7,494 nucleotides of DNA, taken from NCBI GenBank assembly GCA_051294375.1, contig JBJCIZ010001231.1, forward strand, positions 1 through 7,494, read 5' to 3'. The translations under genes and the position numbers were made by a program. Numbering within the stretch: the stretch's first letter is position 1; each line of letters begins with the position of its first letter. The notes under the pieces are model-generated. The model ran no database searches and had not been told where the DNA came from. It saw only the letters and a list, made by a program, of their open reading frames with translations. Positions 1-7,494 of this stretch are shown here, one piece after another. The stretch comes from Paraspadella gotoi. Its lineage: Eukaryota; Animalia; Chaetognatha.

Positions 1-99
1 TTGACACGAAACATTACACGATAAAAGCTTAAGATAGAAAAGAAAATTGTTTTGTCAATGATGCACAATATTAAATGAAAATACAAACGACTTTGTTAA

Positions 100-1199
100 G
101 GTCCGGGATCACTCAATTCAAATTATAATTAGGCTAAAACCGAGCTCGGATTTCGAAATGAGAGCTCCTGACGATTCCGAAAATGTATTCACTTTAATAT
201 TTTTTTAAAAGGCATTATCGTTTTTTTGTACTATATAAAATAAAAGAAACCTATTTGAAGAGTTGCAGCCCAAACGGTAAGGCGGTTTCACATGAAATTT
301 GGCATGGATTACTTTTAGGTCACGAACTCCAATTCTATGAAAAGATACTTTCAAAATTTGCCTTCCTTCATAGAAAATTTGATTATTTTAGTCAATTTTT
401 GGGATAAATTCCTTGATATCTTTGAAACGAAAAACATTTTTCCAAAATCGCACTCATAGAATCTCCCCCACCTTTCCTTTCATGCCCAAGATATTTTTTT
501 CTTCAAGAAGAGTCCAACGGTTTGAGCTGCAACTTCGTTTTAAACTTCACTTCGTCAAGAAAGTTAAATTCTGTACTCATTACTTTTGCAAGATTCATCA
601 CAACATACACAAGCACAGGATGTGATGATGGAGTTTGTTCAACGTTGATGTCTTTAAAAAATGGCTTACTGTTTTTATTTTTTTTAATTCAGATTTGATT
701 TTTATTTTCAGAGATTCCCTAGAAAATAGGGCAACTATTTTATGATATAAACATTTACATAAAGTAAAAAGTCAAATTGAAATAAATTTGATAAGTTTTT
801 TAACTCATAAAACTCATAAAAGCATAAAAACCCGTCTGGAAAATGTGTAGAGTAGTTTATTTTAGACATATTAGTGAATAGTGATACAACTCCAAGTATG
901 TACTTGAACCAGAAGAAGAATTAAATATAAGAAGTAGAAATTGAGCTTACTATAAAGAATCAGTTTTAAGTTAAAAATTTGGTTTTAGAAATTCAGCTTA
1001 CATTTAAAGAATTATTTTTCTCTTGAAAATCTAGTTATACCGAAGAAAAATGTTTTTTTAAATTTTTATGAACACTTTAAGTAGATTTTTAAAAGGTATT
1101 GATTATTTTTTAATCGAAAACCTCTTACAAGATGTGAGAAAATGATTAAGATAAAGTAAATTAAGATTTCTACAATTTTAGGTTGAGTGATCCCTGGCC
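100..1199. mobile_element. Non-autonomous TIR DNA transposon with TTAA flanks (Kolobok-like)
   Basis: Left end GGTCCGGGATCACTCAA (100-116). Right end TTGAGTGATCCCTGGCC (1183-1199), reverse complement GGCCAGGGATCACTCAA, 15/17 identical. TTAA lies directly outside both ends (96-99, 1200-1203). No transposase ORF inside. TTAA duplication with RR...YY termini fits Kolobok; piggyBac ends usually start CC. A TA duplication with ends at 99/1200 is also formally possible. Confidence 0.7.
261..534. repeat. Degenerate internal inverted repeat within the 100-1199 element
   Basis: AGTTGCAGCCCAAACGGT (261-278) matches the reverse complement of 517-534 at 16/18. Further inverted pairs in mirrored order: GGCATG 301-306 / CATGCC 481-486 and ATTCTATGA 332-340 / TCATAGAAT 454-462. 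Outer-to-inner block spacing is about the same on both arms. Confidence 0.6.
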
Positions 1200-1515
1200 T
1201 TAACATTACGTTTCAATTTTATAGTTTTTTGTAAGATTCGCCAATTATTTATCTCCAAGGCAAAACGCAAAGATGATTAAAACTGTTCACTCTGCTACAC
1301 ATATACTTGACTTTTTTTCAACCAATTTGTAACATTTTAGTTAAGATAATTGCTAAGTTATCAACATTTTCCTCAGAGGGAAAATTTCTGAAGAATATTT
1401 TTCGTGACCTATTTTCAGTATATCAGGAATTTTGTCTCATAAAAATGTTTAAAATGTAAAGGTTAAGTCTCTCTTTTATTTTTATTTTTATTGTAGTTAA
1501 TGTAATAATATTTTG

Positions 1516-2217
1516 GGAAACCTAGAATGTCGTAAGTCTGTACATGGGAAAACCTTTCCATTTATAGGATAAATGGCTTTAGGATTTTATAGGACGTTGC
1601 CTGGATGTCTGGCTATTGCCCATTTAAGCAATTTTTCCAAAAAATAATTTTAAACCACTTAAAAATTGGGTCAAAATTTTTTTTTAAAAAACTTGCATAG
1701 CTCCAATATATTTAAAAATTTTTTCTTAAAATTTTGCTAACTTGTACTCAAGAGGGTTTGTAAACTTCTGTAGAAATATTGTTACTATCAAAAAGGTTTT
1801 TTTTATATTTATCAGTGCTAATATTTTAGATGGGTCATTTTTTCAATGATGCATAACTTCCTTATTTGTGAATATTATGGTTTTAAATTTTAGTAATAGG
1901 TGGGCCTTGGGTAGTCCTACAATACATATAAATTTCAATCATTTTGAAAAACTTTTTGACACAGGTCAATTTTTTTTTTACAAAATTTAATTGTCAATCC
2001 TGCTAAAAATATTATTGTAAATAATGTTATTCTTTGCCTATAAATCAGTTAAAACATATTTAAATAAGCCTAAAGCAAACAATTTTTCTCAACATTTTTA
2101 AAAACTCATTTGCATATTGTTGCATTTTATTATTTTTATAATTTTTTCACAAAAAAATAATCCATTTTTTAAAATTGTTGGTACACAGATAATATATAAT
2201 CAGACCTTTAAAAATAT
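1516..2217 (+). repeat. ~700-bp direct repeat, copy A (probably DNA-transposon subterminal sequence)
   Basis: Runs from GGAAACCTAGAATGTCGTAAGTCTGTACATG to CAGACCTTTAAAAATAT and is collinear with 5181-5881 throughout. Differences are mostly homopolymer-length indels plus a few substitutions. The transposon origin is inference. Confidence 0.95.
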
Positions 2218-2368
2218 TGTGTATTGAGTGATATGAAGTTTCGATGGAATCGTCCAAGTGGAAATGAGTTTATTGTAAATGACACATACCTAAATGCGTT
2301 GACATTGTATTTGCAAGTTGAGAAATCCCTATTTTATATATAAAATTGCACGTCACAAAAATATTTTT

Positions 2369-2712
2369 TCACCAGAGCGGACCAGTTCCATTTGAATCGA
2401 ATGGTTCAATGTCAAAATTGATGGCGTTATTGTCAAGAGAAACAAAAGAATGGAGCCCTTCAGATGCAACAGGATCGGAATCAAGTGTTTTTACATCCTA
2501 TTTTTTACCCGAATTTTTCCCAGGCGGCGTTGACATATATTGGTAGTCAGATTTTAACGAAAATTTCCATTGAAAAAGTCTTCCTCGATTTCTAATAACG
2601 ACGGAACTCCTATGTTAAAGTAGGATTTGACGTTATCATGTGAATATATGTGCATATAAGTGAACACTGCGCTCGCAACGTTAAATTTTTCAGTTGCTTC
2701 GTTGTTTAAAAT
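2369..2712 (-). pseudogene. Decayed coding relic, possibly an Academ-type DDE transposase fragment
   Basis: Hand translation of the minus strand: 2712-2554 ILNNEATEKFNVASAVFTYMHIYSHDNVKSYFNIGVPSLLEIEEDFFNGNFR*, then after a frameshift and a TAG, 2497-2369 DVKTLDSDPVASEGLHSFVSLDNNAINFDIEPFDSNGTGPLW*. The S-x10-G...LEIE block followed by a DN...FD...D-x-x-G-T block resembles, from memory, the region around the first catalytic Asp of Academ-like transposases. The Ser-rich + strand ORF 2346-2546 looks like its antisense shadow. Not verified by search. Confidence 0.35.
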
Positions 2713-3367
2713 CTAACTCTTTAATCTTTCATCCTAAGTAATGACGATCGCCATGAACATGCTACTGGCGATTTTTGCGCATCATTTGGAATTATCAATG
2801 ATAAATACCTTGAGAGTTAAGTACATTTGCATCTCCTAATAAACACAGAGGTTTTGCGATGAAGCCTAGTTTTTGTACGCTACAATAAAAAGAAATATTG
2901 CTTTCTCAGTACATTCCAATATTTTTTCTTATTTGAAAGATTCTTTTTCGGTTTTTTAGTTAGAGTTACGCTTACGCTACGTATATCAAAAAATTAAAAT
3001 TTTTCCTTTTCAGTATTTTCCATACAGTAAATATTCAAAAAGCCTTGTTTTTTGGTATCAAATTCCCTATTATGTTTTCGGCCGAATAGAGAAATAAAAA
3101 TTTCTGTTGAATACTGCTTAATTCCCTAGTAATGTTATAATATATTTTTATTTTGTTCTATTGTTAATGCTTTAATTGAAAACAATGCTATCACCATTAA
3201 TAGGAAATGGTTTATATTTCTAAGCTATCAAAAAAAGCTTACAAAATGACTACCGTTTAGTATCAGATGTTGTCCCTATTTTTATAAGCTTGTTTTGTAC
3301 TTTGCCACTAATTAGTTTATACATACATGTATCGTTGGCCGTTATGCAGGATGTAATAATAATCATG

Positions 3368-3383
3368 ATACGTAATTACGTAT
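3368..3383. repeat. Perfect 16-bp palindrome ATACGTAATTACGTAT
   Basis: The sequence equals its own reverse complement; function unknown. Confidence 0.85.
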
Positions 3384-3914
3384 TCGGCTAACTCTACTTA
3401 TTGCAAACATTCGGTTAGTGCTAGTTTAGAGGCAGAGTTACGAGTGATTAAAGTAAACACTGAAGAGACATTAATTATTGTTATGTGTTAGTGACAGAAC
3501 CGTTCAAATATAAGCAGTCTCCTTGAGCCTTCGGATCAGTGGCTGTACACTATGTTGACAGGCGGTTAAGCACCCCGTCCCTCTTAATGCCAGACGACCA
3601 CCGCGGCTAGAACTACAGGACCCTTTGGGTTGGGGGCGAATTGACTTGCCATCGGCACCAATGGCCTTGCTGATGAAACGGTTGTGGATTTTTAGTCCGG
3701 GCAAATTCTCTCGGAAAAATAGGTTTTAGCATCATGACGCATAGGACGAATGTAGAGAAAAGTTTTTAAAGCTGTTGATTTAAAAAACTGTACCTGACCA
3801 AGGTTACGGAAAAAAGAATGAATATGAGCTATGTCTAAGCCGAACTTTAAATTTCATTTCTGCCAATCAATTTCATCATAAATTAAAACAAACCAAATGC
3901 GGAAGAGGTGAAAC

Positions 3915-3954
3915 GAGATAGAGAGGAAAGAAAGAGAGAGAGAAAGAAAGAGAA
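3915..3954 (+). repeat. Purine-rich (GA/GAAA) simple repeat
   Basis: GAGATAGAGAGGAAAGAAAGAGAGAGAGAAAGAAAGAGAA. Confidence 0.85.
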
Positions 3955-4087
3955 TAAATCCACGAAAATCTCGGATGTAAATTTGGGATTTTGCATTGAG
4001 AAAAAAGACGCAGAATAAAATGGCGATTTTTTTAAAAGAAAAAAATAATCAAAATTTTTCAAAAAAAACGATCACGCAAGAGATCGT

Positions 4088-4179
4088 ACAGAGAGAGGGA
4101 GAGAGACAGAGAGAGAGACAGAGAGAGACAGAAAAGCGAAAGAAGAGACAGACAGAGACAGAGAGAGAAAGAGAAAAAG
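4088..4179 (+). repeat. Compound (GA)n/(GACA) microsatellite
   Basis: Iterated GAGAGAGACA-type units over ~90 bp. It explains the ERQR- and SLSL-rich translations of ORFs 3996-4235 and 4059-4337. Confidence 0.92.
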
Positions 4180-4371
4180 CTGGACAGCCGCTGGAAGGCA
4201 GTTGTACAATCACTGCAGAGCTGAACTCGTTTTAAAGGGTTCAGAAGAGGCAGCAACTGACAAAAAATAGGAAGAAAAATAATATATAATTTAAAGAAAT
4301 AAAAGAAAGGAAAAAAATTAATTACATTTTTTTCCAATCATAGCTTGTAAAATATTTTATTTTTATTTGTA

Positions 4372-4664
4372 TTAAAATTAAGATATAGCTTCTCATTAAA
4401 AAGGTCCTTTGATTTCCAATTTTTATTATAGATTTAAACCAATTTTTTGAATTTCATCTTCAATATTATATACTACAATATGTAAATTAGATTAAAGCAT
4501 TTCTATATACTAATTTGGATATTATAATGAGTACTATAATCTCCATTTGCATATTGCAGTAAATCATAATGAAGTGAAATTCAAACAAAAAATACTTAAA
4601 TCCAAATGTTAATAATAAATTATCAAGGCTATTTCAAGATGAGAAGCCATATCTAAATTTTTAA
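4372..4664. mobile_element. MITE-like foldback unit with diverged ~130-bp arms and a ~25-bp spacer
   Basis: AGATATAGCTTCTCAT (4381-4396) matches the reverse complement of ATGAGAAGCCATATCT (4639-4654) at 15/16. TTGAATTTCATCTTCAATATTATATACTACAATATGTAAATTAGATTA (~4447-4494) aligns with the reverse complement of the right arm, TTGAATTTCACTTCATTATGATTTACTGCAATATGCAAATGGAGATTA. Arms ~4372-4502 and ~4529-4664. Exact termini and target duplication uncertain. Confidence 0.7.
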
Positions 4665-4976
4665 CTTACTATGATCGCACACTTTTGTAAAACTTTATCA
4701 TAATTCATAATAATTTATTAAAAAAAAAACGGTAAGTGCCAGCCAAACCTATAAAAGCGTAGTACTTTTTATACTAAAACAGCGACGGACGCCGACGACA
4801 ATGACGACGACGACGTCATAAAGAAGCTGACCTTAATCAAGATCGAGCCTGAACCGGATTCGGCCCGTAGGCCTCGATAAAAACCCAACAGAAACTACCA
4901 ACCCCATGGCAGGAAAACCCTAAGAGTCTTCAAAGTAGGTAAGGTACAGCGCTGGCCACCATGTCGGTAGCGTGAC
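4396..4976 (+). repeat. Left arm of a near-identical inverted duplication (partner 6919-7494)
   Basis: TTAAAAAGGTCCTTTGATTTCC (4396) through ATGTCGGTAGCGTGAC (4976) is the reverse complement of 6919-7494 apart from scattered small indels. The left limit is set only by the window edge of the partner. Confidence 0.95.
4783..4938 (+). other. Frameshifted copy of the candidate exon at 6957-7108
   Basis: Flanked by AAACAG| and AG|GTAAGG. Four extra bases relative to the mirror copy (GCGACGGAC vs GCGAGAC; TTCGGCCCGTAGGCCTCG vs TTCGCCGGTAGGCTCG) break the frame. Confidence 0.3.
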
Positions 4977-5180
4977 CCTTGACTCTCAGATGTTATATAG
5001 AGAGCTAGTACATGTTTGATCGATCTGACTATAATTTATTATCGGATTTACCTGAATTAGCAGTTGAGTTGAGTTTTTGATTTAATTGTATGAAAACGTC
5101 TTATCTTGACAAAGCTAAAATCGAGAAGTGAACTAAAATTATTTGCCTCTCTCTTGTATTCTTACCATTGATACAGTACC

Positions 5181-5881
5181 GGAAACCTAGAATGTCGTAA
5201 GTCTGTACATGAGAAACTTTTCCATTATAGGATAAATGGCTTTAGGATTTATAGGACGTTGCTGGATGTCTGGCTATTGCCATTTAAGCAATTTTTCCAA
5301 AAAATAATTTTTAAACCACTTAAAAATTTGGGTCAAAATTTTTTTTAAAAAACTTGCATAGCTCCAATATATTTAAAATTTTTTCTTAAAATTTTGCTAA
5401 CTTGTACTCAAGAGGGTTTGTAAACTTCTGTAGAAATATTGTTACTATTCAAAAAGTTTTTTTTATATTTATCAGTGCTAATATTTAGATGGGTCATTTT
5501 TTCAATGATGCATAACTTCCTTATTTGTGAATATTATGGTTTTTAAATTTTAGTAATAGGTGGGCCTTGGGTAGTCCTACAAGATACATATAAATTTCAA
5601 ATCATTTTGAAAAACTTTTTGACACAGGTCAATTTTTTTTTTACAAAATTTAATTGTCAATCCTGCTAAAAATATTATTGCAAATAATGTTATTCTTTGC
5701 CTAAAATCAGTTAAAACATATTTAAAATAAGCCTAAAGCAAAAAAATTTTTCTCAACATTTTTAAAAACTCATTTGCATATTGATGCATTTTATAATTTT
5801 TATAATTTTTTCACAAAAAATAATCCATTTTTTAAAATTGTTGGTACACAGATAATATATAATCAGACCTTTAAAAAATAT
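5181..5881 (+). repeat. ~700-bp direct repeat, copy B
   Basis: Collinear with 1516-2217. Preceded by TA|CAGTACC (5172-5180), which copy A lacks. Confidence 0.95.
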
Positions 5882-6893
5882 ACCATCAAACCTAATTTTA
5901 AATAAATTTAAAATATTTTAATGTATTTTTAAAATATTACTAAAATTATGATTTTAATAAGCATTCTGCTAACTTTTTAATTTAATTTAATGTCCCAAAG
6001 CTGAAATAATTCTTTCCAAAGTGCTCAAAAATTGAAAAAAATAATACAAATTTTTTTCTCTTCACTCAAAAATTTATTTTCTTCCACTAAAAAATTTCGC
6101 AGAACAACCTATTTGAAAGGGTTTGATTGACTGAGTTTATGATTACATTTTTTGGGTCTATTTTACTGCCCCCATTACACAAGACATAAAAGGTCATATT
6201 TTCAAGTTCACTATGCCCAGATTTTTCTATAACTTTCATGCCACCAGCATTTCGAATTTCCTTTTTTCCCCTTTCAAAGTATTAAATAAAAAAAAATATT
6301 TGAAAAAACGATTGGCATGGACGATGCCATTGGTACGCCTAAGTTACCCCTATTCCAGATCAATATTTTAAACCAAGGTTATTTTCCATTTATTTGAGAC
6401 ATAACACCAACTATTAGTACTATTAATTTTTTCTTTCTCAAATTCTATTTTGCATAATCAGAGAGAACGTTTAGCATACTCTAAAACTTTAAGTAAAAAA
6501 GAGTAAAATGTTCTGCCAAATTTAAAAATCGATTGAGGAATCTACTTATAATATTTATTTTATTCCCTGGACATGACATTATCACAAAATATAAACAATT
6601 TTTGACCTAGTTACCAAGTATTGAAACAAAACTATAATAGTCGCATTTTTTATTAACGATTAAAAAAGTAGTATTTTTTTCAATTTTGAGCACTTTGGAA
6701 AAAATTATTTCAGCCTTTGGGACATTAAATTTGGTTAAAACATTATATATTTGGAATCCTTGAGGTTGCCCTCTTTTCAAATGATGCCCACTTTTGAAAA
6801 AGTTAGCAGAATGCTTATTAAAATCATAATTTTTTAGAATATTTAAAATACATTAAAAAATATTTAAATTTATTTAAAATTAGGTTTGATGGT
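5882..6893. mobile_element. ~1-kb foldback unit with long terminal inverted arms
   Basis: Left arm 5882-6047 (ACCATCAAACCTAATTTTAAATAAATTT...GTGCTCAAAAATTGAAAAAAATAATAC) is the reverse complement of right arm 6668-6893 (...AAATTTATTTAAAATTAGGTTTGATGGT), apart from a 60-bp extra block (6737-6796) and small differences. Non-coding spacer 6048-6667. The inverted repeat is certain; the mobile-element call is inference. Confidence 0.65.
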
Positions 6894-6918
6894 NNNNNNN
6901 NNNNNNNNNNNNNNNNNN
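6894..6918. other. Assembly gap (25 N)
   Basis: Run of 25 N; true length unknown. Confidence 1.
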
Positions 6919-7494
6919 GTCACGCTACCGACATGGTGGCCAGCGCTGTACCTTACCTACTTTGAAGACTCTTAGGGTTTTCCTGCCATGGGGTTGGTAG
7001 TTTCTGTTGGGTTTTTATCGAGCCTACCGGCGAATCCGGTTCAGGCTCGATCTTGATTAAGGTCAGCTTCTTTATGACGTCGTCGTCGTCATTGTCGTCG
7101 GCGTCTCGCTGTTTTATATAAAAAGTACTACGCTTTTATAGGTTTGGCTGGGACTTACCGTTTTTTTTTAATAAAAATTATTATGAATTATGATAAAGTT
7201 TTACAAAAGTGTGCGATCATAGTAAGTTAAAAATTTAGATATGGCTTCTCATCTTGAAATAGCCTTGATAATTTATTATTACATTTGGATTTAAGTATTT
7301 TTTGTTTGAATTTCCACTTCATTATGATTTACTGCAATATGCAAATGAGATTATAGTACTCATTATAATATCCAAATTAGTATATAGAAATGCTTTAATC
7401 TAATTTACATATTGTAGTATATAATATTGAAGATGAAATTCAAAAAATTGGTTTAAATCTATAATAAAAATTGGAAATCAAAGGACCTTTTTAA
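6919..7494 (-). repeat. Right arm of the inverted duplication (partner 4396-4976), running off the window
   Basis: Starts immediately after the gap with GTCACGCTACCGACATGG and ends AAGGACCTTTTTAA. Includes the mirror of the 4372-4664 foldback unit. Confidence 0.95.
6957..7108 (-). CDS. Candidate internal coding exon (acidic, IKIEP motif), product unknown
   Basis: Minus strand TACTTTTTATATAAAACAG| then an open frame RDADDNDDDDVIKKLTLIKIEPEPDSPVGSIKTQQKLPTPWQENPKSLQS, ending at AG|GTAAGG (or at TAA 6955-6953). GC-richer than its flanks. No ATG in frame. Confidence 0.35.

Noticed and set aside
168-182. Hammerhead-like core CTGACGA-TTCC-GAAA
   Set aside because: No stem I pairing between the flanks and no real stem II.
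413-625. ORF, 70 aa, + strand
   Set aside because: TTG start, F/K-rich composition expected from AT-rich DNA, overlaps the inverted-repeat region of a non-autonomous element, no recognisable domain.
802-830. AACTCATAA AACTCATAAA AGCATAAAAA tandem
   Set aside because: Short slippage-type duplication in AT-rich DNA; no spacers, not CRISPR-like.
2346-2546. ORF, 66 aa, + strand
   Set aside because: Ser-rich pattern is better explained as the antisense shadow of the acidic minus-strand relic.
2554-2990. Alternative genetic code (TAG/TAA read as Gln) in one minus frame where most stops are TAG
   Set aside because: An in-frame TGA remains, frameshifts are still needed, and other frames look equally protein-like; ordinary pseudogene decay is simpler.
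3670-3680. CTGATGA hammerhead or C/D-box-like motif
   Set aside because: No stem II followed by a separate GAAA, and no convincing partner box or terminal stem.
3504-3704. ORF, 66 aa, - strand, as a standalone gene
   Set aside because: TTG start, no recognisable motif; a short open frame is unremarkable in a GC-richer patch. Kept only as part of the GC-island finding.
3996-4337. Overlapping ORFs 3996-4235 (+) and 4059-4337 (-)
   Set aside because: Both are held open by the GA/GACA microsatellite and A/T runs (ERQR and SLSL low complexity).
4983-5009. Helitron-like 3' end (CTCTC...GAGAG then CTAG-T)
   Set aside because: Only a 5-bp stem directly abutting CTAG, not the GC-rich hairpin set ~10 bp upstream; no 5' TC end identified.
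1-7494. Prokaryotic or phage defence system, CRISPR array, tRNA or rRNA
   Set aside because: Very low coding density, no operon structure, no regularly spaced repeats and no recognisable RNA-gene sequence.

Overview
Strongly AT-rich, repeat-dominated eukaryotic DNA that reads like insect or other invertebrate intergenic/intronic sequence, with a 25-N assembly gap at 6894-6918. No intact gene, RNA gene, CRISPR array or prokaryotic system is supported, and none of the five supplied ORFs is convincing. The window is a nest of inverted and direct repeats: (1) a 1.1-kb non-autonomous DNA transposon (100-1199) with 17-bp TIRs and TTAA on both flanks; (2) a ~700-bp near-identical direct repeat (1516-2217 / 5181-5881); (3) a decayed minus-strand coding relic (~2369-2712) whose motif spacing recalls Academ-type transposases; (4) GA-rich microsatellites; (5) a ~290-bp almost fully self-complementary MITE-like unit (4372-4664); (6) a ~1-kb foldback unit (5882-6893) that starts exactly where the two direct-repeat copies diverge and ends exactly at the gap; and (7) a >=580-bp inverted duplication (4396-4976 / 6919-7494) carrying a candidate acidic exon with an IKIEP motif. 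The near-identical duplications differ mostly by short indels, so part of this architecture may be a long-read gap-filling artefact. I do not see evidence for a new biological system; the best leads are unclassified transposon families and their nesting.
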